Source of the DNA: an uncultured Thermoleophilia bacterium
GTDB taxonomy: Bacteria > Actinomycetota > Thermoleophilia > UBA2241
Assembly: GCA_963709845.1 (NCBI GenBank)
Contig: CAVPXV010000004.1
Location: 65,181 to 129,180 of the forward strand
DNA length: 64,000 nt
Direction of reading: 5' to 3'
The translations under genes were made by a program, and so were the position numbers. The notes beneath the pieces were generated by a model that was not told where the DNA came from, ran no database searches, and saw nothing but the letters and a program-made list of their open reading frames with translations. Shown here piece by piece: positions 45,875 through 54,191 of this stretch. The first letter of the stretch is position 1, and every line of letters begins with the position of its first letter.

Positions 45875-47284
45875 CTAGCCCAGACCGCGAGTATCGGGCT
45901 CGAGGGCGACCTTGGCCAGGGCGCGGTGGGACCCGATGCGCAAGGCCACGGCCTCCGTCAAGAGCACCCTGTGGCGTCCGAGCACCCGCCTGCGCCCAAC
46001 GGGAACGATCGACTCGAGCGCGTCGATGAGGGCGGCGAGGCGTCGCGTGACCTGCGGAGAGCCAGCACCGAACTCGGTGATCTCGGTCAAGGCGAGGTCG
46101 ACGAACTGATCCCAGCTGCGCTCCCGCGTGATCAGCCGCACGACTCCGCTCTCGTCTGCGTACAGCCCACTGGGCCATGGACGATCGGCCATGAGTCTGA
46201 GGAAGTCCTCGAGACGGTCGACGACCTGGACAGCGATCGTCGGGGCGTTGACCGCAGGCGAGAGCGCCTGCACGGCGACGTCCACCAACGCCCTTACGCC
46301 GCAATAAGGGGCCTCGCAGATGGCCCATTCCGGCCCTACGTCCACGCTCCGCAGCAGCTTCTTGTCGAGGGGTTCGACCGCAGCCGAATCAGCCATCGAG
46401 ATGACCTCGAACAGCGGCTCTCCGCTGGCTACGTACTGACCGATCTGTGGGACCAGCTGCAGGACGACGTTGTGCCGGCGGGCCAGTCTGACGCAGGCCA
46501 CGACGTCGACGGCCTGCAATACCCCCTGCGCGGCGTGCCAGGCCAACGACGGACCCTTGCGATAGACGACGAGCCGCCCGGCTCCGGCGAGCTTCGGCGC
46601 AGCGGCGACAACGTATTGTTCCTCCGCGAGGAACTGCCGCCGCAGGCCGGCGCGCGTCTCGATCGCCACGGTGTTGATGGCGTAGTCGAGGCGCATCCCT
46701 CTAATGGTGAGCGTGACGTATGCGATGAGCATGGCAATACTGGCAATCGCAAGCACCATCGCCACCGTCCCCGAGACCGTCGAGACGGCGCGGCCGTCGC
46801 GGCTCAGCTCCTTCAGGTACCCGAGGCTCAAGATCGGATAGATGAAGGTCGCGATGAAGGTGCCGAGGGCGACCTTGGTAGTGGTCGAACGGACGTAGTT
46901 GCGCAGCACCCTGGGCGAGGTGTGCTGGCTCGCCATCTGCAAGGCGACGAGGCCGATCGAGAACACCACGGCGAGGAAGGTCACCATGGCGGCCGTCGCC
47001 ACGGTGGCGAGTACGACGCTCGCGTCCCGTGCGCTGGCCACCCAAGGCGCCGCCCGCGTGATCACCGTCGGCAGGTTCTCGTCGATCGCTCGCGTGATCA
47101 CGGCCAGCAGGAGCGCGCCGACCAGGAACAGGGCAGGCAGAAGCCAGAAGGTGTTCTGGAAACCCTCGCGCACGCGCAGAAGGGCAGGACGTCGCCGCTC
47201 TGCAACCAGCTGAGCCCGGACGTGCTCGCCGGACTCGTCTCCGCCGACGCTGCCGAGTTGCGACTTCGACTGACTGCCAGTCAT
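45875..47284 (-). CDS. DUF2254-like membrane protein
   Basis: Start MTGSQSKSQ... with a GGAAGGAAGGG SD. The N-terminal TM region and large C-terminal domain have a composition typical of the DUF2254 family. Confidence 0.55.
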   Translation of the reverse strand: MTGSQSKSQLGSVGGDESGEHVRAQLVAERRRPALLRVREGFQNTFWLLPALFLVGALLLAVITRAIDENLPTVITRAAPWVASARDASVVLATVATAAMVTFLAVVFSIGLVALQMASQHTSPRVLRNYVRSTTTKVALGTFIATFIYPILSLGYLKELSRDGRAVSTVSGTVAMVLAIASIAMLIAYVTLTIRGMRLDYAINTVAIETRAGLRRQFLAEEQYVVAAAPKLAGAGRLVVYRKGPSLAWHAAQGVLQAVDVVACVRLARRHNVVLQLVPQIGQYVASGEPLFEVISMADSAAVEPLDKKLLRSVDVGPEWAICEAPYCGVRALVDVAVQALSPAVNAPTIAVQVVDRLEDFLRLMADRPWPSGLYADESGVVRLITRERSWDQFVDLALTEITEFGAGSPQVTRRLAALIDALESIVPVGRRRVLGRHRVLLTEAVALRIGSHRALAKVALEPDTRGLG

Positions 47285-47396
47285 GCCGACCCTTCCTTCC
47301 GGGGTGGTTATGCGCGTCGCCCAGAGCCTCGCCGTGGCAAAGCGGTGAAGGGCGCCGGACCCTCGTGGCTGAGTCCGGCGCCCTTCGCGCGTCAAG

Positions 47397-47425
47397 GCGC
47401 CGGTGCCGACCAGACTTCCCGGCGC
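47397..47425 (+). repeat. palindromic intergenic repeat, copy B
   Basis: GCGCCGGTGCCGACCAGACTTCCCGGCGC followed by the extended homology shared with copy A. Confidence 0.6.
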
Positions 47426-47504
47426 GCCTGTCTCTACAGTACCCGAACGCCTCGACGATGGGAACGCCTGCGTCTCAAGGAGGGTCAGTTGCCCGAGGCG
47501 GCCC

Positions 47505-47534
47505 TTGTGTGCCCCGCCCTCTCCCGGGGATAAT
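47505..47534 (+). promoter_or_regulatory. candidate promoter for the histidine-kinase gene
   Basis: TTGTGT, an 18-nt spacer, then GATAAT, in an unusually A/T-rich stretch (ggggataatcagaagaaaaggactaaatgg). Followed by a 15-codon uORF (47552..47599, AAAAGGA SD) that contains repeat copy C. Confidence 0.3.
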
Positions 47535-47556
47535 CAGAAGAAAAGGACTAAATGGA

Positions 47557-47584
47557 GCGCCGGGAAGTCTGGTCGGCACCGGCG
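47557..47584 (-). repeat. palindromic intergenic repeat, copy C (reverse orientation)
   Basis: GCGCCGGGAAGTCTGGTCGGCACCGGCG is the reverse complement of the canonical element. It lies in the 5' leader of the histidine-kinase gene. Confidence 0.55.
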
Positions 47585-47666
47585 TTTCGGCACGTCTGAG
47601 GGGCGTCGGTCAGGTGAGGCCGGCGCCCTTCTTCGCGAGGCCGCCGGTGACCACGGAGGTCGCCAT

Positions 47667-49379
47667 ATGGGCGCGCTGAGCGGAGTTGCCTTCGGAATCG
47701 TCTGGCTCGTCTTGCTCGGTCTGCTCCTCCTGGCCGCGTACCGGGTACTGGCGAGAGCGCGACCGACGGCAGAGAAGGGCTCTGAGGCGGGACCCGACCG
47801 CTTCAGTGTGGCGGGCAGGCAGGTGCCTGCCCGCGACCTGTTCTCCCGCCTCGCCCGTCACGGCTACTGGCTTGCGGCGCTGGCGATCACGTCCTCGACC
47901 CTGATCTTCCTGCCTGGACGCGACTTCTTCGCCAAGGGCCAGTGGGCCCTGCTCTACCTCCTCGTCATCCTCTTCGCCGCGAGCGCCGCCGGCGCCGGTG
48001 CCGGGATCCTCGCCGCCGTCCTCGCCTTCCTCGCATGGGACTTCTTCTTCCTGCCGCCGTACGGCACGTTCGTGATCGCCGAGCTCAAGGACTGGCTCGC
48101 GCTCATCGCCTTCCTCATCGTCGGCGTCATCGTCGGCGTCCAGGCCGGCCGCATGCGCGACCGCGAGGCCAGGGCGATCGCCCGTGAGCGGGAGACGGCG
48201 ACGCTCGGCCGGCTGAGCGCCGAGCTCATCTCGGAGAACTCGACGGAGGCCATGGCCCAAGCCGTCCTCGCGGAGCTCGTCGGCCTGCTCGATTGCCCCT
48301 CGGCGACCCTGTACACGGCCGGCAACCAGGGACTGGACCGCTACTGCGCGGCTCCTCCGGGCGCCGCCGCGGACGCGGAGACCGCCGGACACGCCGACTG
48401 GGTGTTCCGCCACGATGAGCCGCTGGGCGTGCCGGCGGATGGGAAGCGTGAGGCCGGGTCCGAGATGGCCTCTTTCCGAGCCCTCGAGGACGCGCATGGC
48501 GTCTTCATGCCGGTGAGGAGCCCCTCCGGCGTCGTCGGCGTCCTCAGCGCGGCCGGCCGCAGCGACGGCCGACCCTATTCGTCGGCAGACGGCTTCGTCG
48601 TCGCCTCGCTCGCCAACCTCATCGGCGCCTTCGTTGAACGGCAGCGCCTGCAGGAGGAAGCCACGCGAGCCGGAGTGGCCCGCGAGGCCGACCGCCTCAG
48701 GTCAAGCCTGCTCTCGTCCGTCTCGCACGAGCTCAAGACGCCGCTGGCCGTACTCACCGCGACCGTGAGCAATCTGCTCGAGAGCGACGTCGCCTGGGAC
48801 GAGCAGAGCGCGCGCGAGCAGCTGCGCTCGATCGTCGGGGACGTCGACCGGCTGAACAGCAGCATCGGCGCCCTGCTCGACCTCTCCCGTCTGGAGGCCC
48901 ACGCTTGGGAGCCGCACCGGGAGCCCGTCGAGGTCGCGGATGTGGTGGCGACGGCCCTGCAGAACGTCCCGCCTCACGCACGCGAGCGGGTGAGGCTCGA
49001 CCTGCCGGACGAGCTGCCGCACGTCGAGGTCGACTTCGTGCAGTGGACGCGGGTGGTACGCAACCTGGTCGAGAACGCTCTGCTCTACTCGGTCGGGTCG
49101 ACGGTCACCGTGGGCGCCCGCGACCAGGCCGGCTCGGTGACGCTGTGGGTGAGCGACGAGGGGTCCGGCATACCGGACGCCGAGCATGAGGCGGTGTTCG
49201 AGAAGTTCTACAGAGGCACGGCCACGCAGGCCAAGGCGCCCTCAGGGACGGGACTCGGGCTGGCGATCACCCGAGAGATCGTGCGCGCCCACGAGGGTAC
49301 GGTCTGGGTGGAGAACGTGGAGCCGCACGGCGCGCGCTTCGTTGTGTCGCTGCCGTCCACCAGCGACGGCGCTCCGTAG
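47667..49379 (+). CDS. KdpD-like sensor histidine kinase (DUF4118 membrane domain, GAF, HisKA, HATPase), lacking the Kdp N-terminal sensor domain
   Basis: Start MGALSGVAF with an ACGGAGGT SD. The DUF4118-type TM region (...LFLPGRDFFAKGQWALLYLLVILFAASAAG...) is followed by a GAF-like region, an H-box (SSVSHELKTPLAVL) and an ATPase domain (GTGLGLAITREIV). No response regulator is adjacent. Confidence 0.8.
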   Translation: MGALSGVAFGIVWLVLLGLLLLAAYRVLARARPTAEKGSEAGPDRFSVAGRQVPARDLFSRLARHGYWLAALAITSSTLIFLPGRDFFAKGQWALLYLLVILFAASAAGAGAGILAAVLAFLAWDFFFLPPYGTFVIAELKDWLALIAFLIVGVIVGVQAGRMRDREARAIARERETATLGRLSAELISENSTEAMAQAVLAELVGLLDCPSATLYTAGNQGLDRYCAAPPGAAADAETAGHADWVFRHDEPLGVPADGKREAGSEMASFRALEDAHGVFMPVRSPSGVVGVLSAAGRSDGRPYSSADGFVVASLANLIGAFVERQRLQEEATRAGVAREADRLRSSLLSSVSHELKTPLAVLTATVSNLLESDVAWDEQSAREQLRSIVGDVDRLNSSIGALLDLSRLEAHAWEPHREPVEVADVVATALQNVPPHARERVRLDLPDELPHVEVDFVQWTRVVRNLVENALLYSVGSTVTVGARDQAGSVTLWVSDEGSGIPDAEHEAVFEKFYRGTATQAKAPSGTGLGLAITREIVRAHEGTVWVENVEPHGARFVVSLPSTSDGAP

Positions 49380-49386
49380 AGCGCGG

Positions 49387-50391
49387 TCAGCCCGTGGCAG
49401 CGAGTGCCACGACGAAGGCGACGTAGAGGACGATGATAAGCCCGCCGGCCCATCTGTCGAGTCCTCGGCCGGCCCACGCGAGCCCCAAGGTCACGAGAGT
49501 CAGGCCCACGTACACGCTCGTGATGAGGGCGCCGTCGCGCGAGAGCAAGGCGCTGGCGACAATGAGGGCCGGAATCATCAGGCCAACGACCACGTTCACA
49601 GCGTTGCTGTTGAGCGCCACGCTGAAGGCGGCCGGCCCCCGTCCGCGGCGCGCCAGGTACACGGCAGCGACCGCGTTGGGTAGGCTGGTCACCGCGGCGA
49701 GGACTATGCCACCCGTCACGATGCTGGGAACGCCGTGACGTGCGCCCAGCGCCGAGGCCGCCCCTTCCATAAGCGCGCTTGCTCCCACAACCGCGGGGAC
49801 GGCGACGGCGACTACGACCCCGTCCCTCCAGTTTCCCCTCCGCGGAGCGATGGCGGTCAGCAGCTCGACCTCCTCCTCCGCGACCGCGCTCGCCAGCCAG
49901 GCTCGCCATGCCCGGGGAAGGGGGATCCTCGGTCGCCGCTCGGGAGGCAGCGCCGACAGGACTACGTAGGGGACGAGCACGACGGCGCCTAGCGCCAGAC
50001 AGAGCGCGGGACTGGCCAGCCCCGCGATCGTCACAGCAGCGAGTGCGGCGACGGCGATCGCCACGACGCCCTCGAGGAGCACGACCTTGCGATGGAGCGC
50101 GATGCGCCCGGCAACGACGGCCCCGAGACCGAGGAGCGCCGCAAGGTTGAAGACGTTCGATCCGAGCACCACACCGGCGCCGAGGCTCGGCTCGCCCCGC
50201 ACGTAGGCCGCGATCGCCGAGGAGACCTCCGGAGAGTCGGCGGCCAATGCGACCACCAGGCCGAGCGACGCCTCCGCCAGCCCGAACCGCGCCCCCAGAC
50301 GCTCAAGGGCAGTGACGAGGACCGCGCTCGCCCCGAGGGCGACGACGGCGCCGGCCGCGAGGATCAGCCAGTCCACGCGGAGCCCGGACAA
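49387..50391 (-). CDS. CaCA-family sodium/calcium exchanger membrane protein
   Basis: From TTG at 50391 about 334 aa. Two alpha-repeat regions are present (GAGVVLGSNVFNLAALLGL and GGIVLAAVTSLPNAVAAVY). The upstream part of the track ORF is junk that overlaps repeat D. Confidence 0.7.
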   Translation of the reverse strand: MSGLRVDWLILAAGAVVALGASAVLVTALERLGARFGLAEASLGLVVALAADSPEVSSAIAAYVRGEPSLGAGVVLGSNVFNLAALLGLGAVVAGRIALHRKVVLLEGVVAIAVAALAAVTIAGLASPALCLALGAVVLVPYVVLSALPPERRPRIPLPRAWRAWLASAVAEEEVELLTAIAPRRGNWRDGVVVAVAVPAVVGASALMEGAASALGARHGVPSIVTGGIVLAAVTSLPNAVAAVYLARRGRGPAAFSVALNSNAVNVVVGLMIPALIVASALLSRDGALITSVYVGLTLVTLGLAWAGRGLDRWAGGLIIVLYVAFVVALAATG

Positions 50392-50547
50392 GACTGCCGA
50401 TGCGCACGCGCCTGAGCGCGAGCCGTGGCGCGAGCAGGCCCGACATTCGCAGAACCCGCCATTGGCGGCCCCCTCTCGACCTCTCGGCCCCCAGACAGCG
50501 AGACGGCGCCGAGACCTCTTCGGACCCGGCGCCCGGAACGCAGGAGA

Positions 50548-50576
50548 GCGCCGGTGCCGACCAGACTTCCCGGCGC
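50548..50576 (+). repeat. palindromic intergenic repeat, copy D
   Basis: GCGCCGGTGCCGACCAGACTTCCCGGCGC, 157 nt upstream of the CaCA start. Confidence 0.6.
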
Positions 50577-50640
50577 TCCACCCACGCTTAGCTCGATCTA
50601 GTTCAGAGTGCGCCCGGATGGTCCTCGGGCGCATAGGCTA

Positions 50641-50871
50641 TCAGTCGTCGCCCTCGTTGCCGCCGTATTGGTGAGCTTCCAAGAGGTACAGCTCCTCCAA
50701 GTGGTTCAGCTGAGCCGCCTCCACAGCGTGCGCGAGCATCCCGATCAGAGGGACCGCCACGGCCACGGCAACCACGAGAACCACGCCTAGACGTAGCGCA
50801 GCCGCCCAGCTGCCTGCCGAGACCGCGCTTCCGCCGACGGCCAGAAGCGGTGCAACCGCCAAGCCGGTCAT
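50641..50871 (-). CDS. candidate small membrane protein (76 aa)
   Basis: Internal start MTGLAVAPLLAVGGSAVSAGSWAAALRLGVVLVVAVAVAVPLIGMLAH.... Weak SD. Low confidence. Confidence 0.3.
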   Translation of the reverse strand: MTGLAVAPLLAVGGSAVSAGSWAAALRLGVVLVVAVAVAVPLIGMLAHAVEAAQLNHLEELYLLEAHQYGGNEGDD

Positions 50872-51390
50872 CTGCCCGGCTCCGGGAGCGCCGCACGCCG
50901 CTGAGACTCGCCGGCATCTCGGTCGCGCGGCCAGAGAATGCCCGTGAAGTTGATCTGTTCGGGCGGACCCATATCCGAGACGATAGTCAATCGGTCGTGA
51001 GCGACCCATAAACATGGTGATGGCGGCCCTAAAGACCGCATAAAGACCAGGGGCCCGGGCAACGTCTGTCGCATGGACCGCATTTCCGTCTCGCAAGTCG
51101 CTGGTAGGTTGCTGGATCCGCCGAAGGCCGCGGGCTCGCCCTCAAGACTCTGAAGGGCTACTGCGGTTCAGAGACGGCAAGATCGCGAAGGAGAATCGCT
51201 ACTATGCCAGCACGTTCGAGCCACCGGCATGGCGCACGAAATGGGTCGAGCTCATGCCGTGATACCCGACCATACGAGTGCCCGATCCAGACCGCCGCGC
51301 CGGAGTACCGAGGCCGCCGTGGCTGCCGGGCCGGTCATCGATTGTCCATCTGAGCGTCAGCAGTATTAGGGGCGTGTGGATCCGAGTAGG

Positions 51391-51432
51391 AAGCGGGGCG
51401 GGGAGCACAGCTCCCCGCCCCGCTTTTCTTTG
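51391..51432 (+). terminator. intrinsic terminator hairpin, copy 2 (plus orientation, U-tract TTTTCTTT)
   Basis: AAGCGGGGCGGGGAGC-ACAG-GCTCCCCGCCCCGCTTTTCTTTGG. Same stem as the 40978 hairpin. No annotated plus-strand gene lies upstream. Confidence 0.5.
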
Positions 51433-51489
51433 GTGCGCCGGGATTTGGCGCGCCAGCGTGCTCTCCTCCAACCTCCGCCGGAGCCGCTC

Positions 51490-52122
51490 TCAGGCCTGGG
51501 CCGGCGGCGCTTCGGGCGCCGGGGCCGCGATGGCGCCAGCGCTGCGCGTCTCGCCGCCGGCGGCGAAGTAGGCGGCCATTACCAGGGCGATCACGAACGG
51601 GGTCGCGAGGAGCCCCAGGAGGCCGTTGGCCACGGAGCCGATGACGATCACGATGACGACGAGCGCGAGGTGCTGCCAGAAGCCGTGCGCGACGACCATG
51701 TCCTTGCTGGCCTTCATGGCCTCGCCGAGGCCCATGCGCCGGTCGACCATCAGCGGGAACACGTAGAGCCAGATGGTGGCCAGCAGGATCCCGCCGATGA
51801 TGGTGATGGACGCGAGCCCGATGAGGATGCCGAGGACGAGGGCGGCGGCGAAGAAGGCCCAGAAGCGGTCCATCTGGGCGAACACGTCGCCGACCTCGGC
51901 CGGCCTGCCGTCGCGCACGCGGCGAGCGACCATGCCGTAGAGCCCGGCGAAGAGCGGGCCGGCGAGGATGCCCAGCGTGACAACGCTGAGCGCGAGGGCG
52001 ATCAGCGTGCCGACGACCAGCGCGCCGATGTCCTGGACGAACAGGTCCCAGCCGCGCCTGAAGACCTGGCCGATGTCCAGGCCGGCATGAGGGGTGTTGT
52101 GCTCGACGACGACGGTGCTCAT
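51490..52122 (-). CDS. multi-TM membrane protein (DUF975/GDPD-membrane-domain-like)
   Basis: Start MSTVVVEHNTPHAGLDIGQVFRRGWDLF with a perfect GGAGGAGG SD. Five or so TM helices. Confidence 0.5.
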   Translation of the reverse strand: MSTVVVEHNTPHAGLDIGQVFRRGWDLFVQDIGALVVGTLIALALSVVTLGILAGPLFAGLYGMVARRVRDGRPAEVGDVFAQMDRFWAFFAAALVLGILIGLASITIIGGILLATIWLYVFPLMVDRRMGLGEAMKASKDMVVAHGFWQHLALVVIVIVIGSVANGLLGLLATPFVIALVMAAYFAAGGETRSAGAIAAPAPEAPPAQA

Positions 52123-52301
52123 TGCTCCTCCTCCGAAGCGGTTATCCTCTGACGCCAGCCTAGAGGAGCACCCCGTCGCCGTCGTCACCCCGGCGAAGCA
52201 ACATAGGGTCAACCACAGGGGCATCTTCGCGCCCGGTGCAGCACCACCCAAGGGGTAGTCGAGCCTCCCGGAGGTACGCGCGCCGGCCAGGGAGACGCGG
52301 T

Positions 52302-53447
52302 TCAGACGCCCGTGGCCGGCGCCGACGCGTCGAGGCCGGACGCGCCTGCGGCAGCCGGGGCCGGCGCCCCGTCCGTCGCGAACTCGAGTACTACGGTCGT
52401 CCGCCCCGGCCGCGTGCTGAGCAGCACGCGCGAGCAGCTCTGCAACATGATCGTGAAACCCAGCCCGAGGCTCTCCGCGGTCGAGAAGCCGGCGACCAGC
52501 GTCGCCCGAGGCAGGGTGCGGAAGTCGATGCCCGGCCCCGCGTCGCTGACCAGGACCTGCAGCCGCCGGTCGGAGGCGAACAGCCGATACGTGCCTCCGT
52601 CGGCGTGATTGAGGGTGTTGGCCATCGCCTCGCAGGCGGGACTCGTCAGGTCGAACCTCTCCTGCAGCTGCGGGAAACGCGCGCCGGCCGCCGCGACGAT
52701 GCGCCGTCGCGCCACGGAGAGCTGCTCCGGCGCCGTGATCGCCACGGAGTCCGTGAGCGGCACCTCGAGCTGACCGGCGAGCTCGTCCTCGGTGAGCAGG
52801 ATCAGCTTGCCGCCGGTGACCGCGTCGAGCACGTCGACGTAGGCGCGACGGATGCCCTCCTCCTCCCGGCGCATGGCCTGCTCGGCGTGGCGGACCTCGG
52901 TGATGTCCATGGCGGCCAGCGCCCAGCGGTCTCGGCCGATGGGGTACGCCTCGAGCAGCTCGTAGGCGTCGTCACCTTGCACGTACAGCTCCGAGCGCGC
53001 GGGACCCCGAGACCGGGCCGCGTTGGCGACGAGGTCGAGGTATGAGTGCGTGCGCTCGTCGAGACCGTCGGGTTCGCTCAGGCGCCGCCCCACGACCGCG
53101 TCCCTGGCGAGGTTCGTGCGCCGCGCCTGCGTCGGGTTCATGTCGGTGAGCTCGAGGTCCACCATGACGCCATCGTCTCCACGGACGACCTGGTAGACGG
53201 TGAGACCCTCCACCGCGTTCTCGAAGAGACGCGCGTACCGCTCCTGTGACTCCTGGAGGCCGTGCGCGAAGCGCAGGGCGAGCAAGCAGAGGAGCGTCGC
53301 GGTGACGATCACGAAGGCGAGGCCCTTGACCGACGCGAGGTCCAGTTCGAGCGGCCGCGGCAAGCCAAGCCATCCGAGGGCGCGGTCAGAGAGGACGATC
53401 CAGAGACTCGACGCCACCGCGTAGATCACGGAGAGGCGCAGAGCCAT
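52302..53447 (-). CDS. membrane-anchored PAS-domain protein with a C-terminal GHKL/HATPase_c (RsbW/SpoIIAB-like) domain
   Basis: From MALRLSVIYAVASSLWIVLSD: two TM helices, a PAS-like region (...ERYARLFENAVEGLTVYQVV...) and a C-terminal ATPase fold (...LQVLVSDAGPGIDF...GLGLGFTIM...). The upstream 155 codons of the track ORF are junk. Confidence 0.6.
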   Translation of the reverse strand: MALRLSVIYAVASSLWIVLSDRALGWLGLPRPLELDLASVKGLAFVIVTATLLCLLALRFAHGLQESQERYARLFENAVEGLTVYQVVRGDDGVMVDLELTDMNPTQARRTNLARDAVVGRRLSEPDGLDERTHSYLDLVANAARSRGPARSELYVQGDDAYELLEAYPIGRDRWALAAMDITEVRHAEQAMRREEEGIRRAYVDVLDAVTGGKLILLTEDELAGQLEVPLTDSVAITAPEQLSVARRRIVAAAGARFPQLQERFDLTSPACEAMANTLNHADGGTYRLFASDRRLQVLVSDAGPGIDFRTLPRATLVAGFSTAESLGLGFTIMLQSCSRVLLSTRPGRTTVVLEFATDGAPAPAAAGASGLDASAPATGV

Positions 53448-53711
53448 GCGGCGCGCCGCGCTCCTGTCGCGCCTGCTGGTCTCCGTCTGATCCGCTGCCG
53501 CTGTTGCCGTCACCGCTCTGCGAGTCCCACGATCCCACGGGTCCGCGCATCTCCTCTTCGCCCTAGGGTACCCGCATGAAGCGCGCGCAACCGCCCCGTC
53601 ATCGACAGATACCGTTTGCCCACTAACGGTTAGCGTGCTAACCTTTTTCGCGGCCGTCCGTTTCCCCCGTCCGACAGGTAGCCGGTGGTCCACCCCGCAG
53701 CAGAGCCGAAG

Positions 53712-54191
53712 ATGCCGTTCCCCGACTTCGACGGCGTCGACGACCTCTCGGCGCGCGTCTTCCGTGCCTTCCTGGACGCGGCGCGCCTGCACGTACAGCT
53801 CATGATGCGCACGCTCGCCGACAGCGGCACCCACCCGGGCCAGGCGATGTGCCTGCGGCTGCTCTCGGCAAACGACGGCGTCAGCCAGCGGGACCTCGCC
53901 GACATGCTGCACGTGGCCCGGCCCACCGTGACAAGGATGCTGCAGGGGATGGAGAAGGCCGGCCTCGTCGAGCGCCGCGCGGACGAGGCCGACCAGCGCC
54001 TCACGCGCGTGTACCTCACGGCGACGGGCCGCGACATGGAGAAGGAGATGGGCGTCGCGGCCGCCGAGTACGTCAACGCCACGATCGCGACGCTGCCGGA
54101 GGACGACCGGCGCGAGTTGGCGCGCCTGCTCGAGGAGCTCGGCACCAGCATCACGCGCGCCACCGAGAAGCAGCAGGAGGCGCGCCCGTGA
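53712..54191 (+). CDS. MarR-family transcriptional regulator
   Basis: The winged-HTH pattern ...LLSANDGVSQRDLADMLHVARPTVTRMLQGMEKAGLVERRADEADQR... is present. The stop overlaps the GTG start of the next gene. Confidence 0.8.
   Translation: MPFPDFDGVDDLSARVFRAFLDAARLHVQLMMRTLADSGTHPGQAMCLRLLSANDGVSQRDLADMLHVARPTVTRMLQGMEKAGLVERRADEADQRLTRVYLTATGRDMEKEMGVAAAEYVNATIATLPEDDRRELARLLEELGTSITRATEKQQEARP

Noticed and set aside
45701-47533. 610-aa plus-strand ORF
   Set aside because: Antisense to the DUF2254 gene. Its ends are built from the palindromic repeats. Low-complexity composition.
51204-51368. Small plus-strand ORFs (19 aa MPARSSHRHGARNGSSSCR with a GAAGGAGAA SD; 46 aa MAHEMGRAHAV...) inside the low-GC island
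   Set aside because: Too short, and the composition is unconvincing for coding. Mentioned under the sRNA-island finding rather than called as genes.
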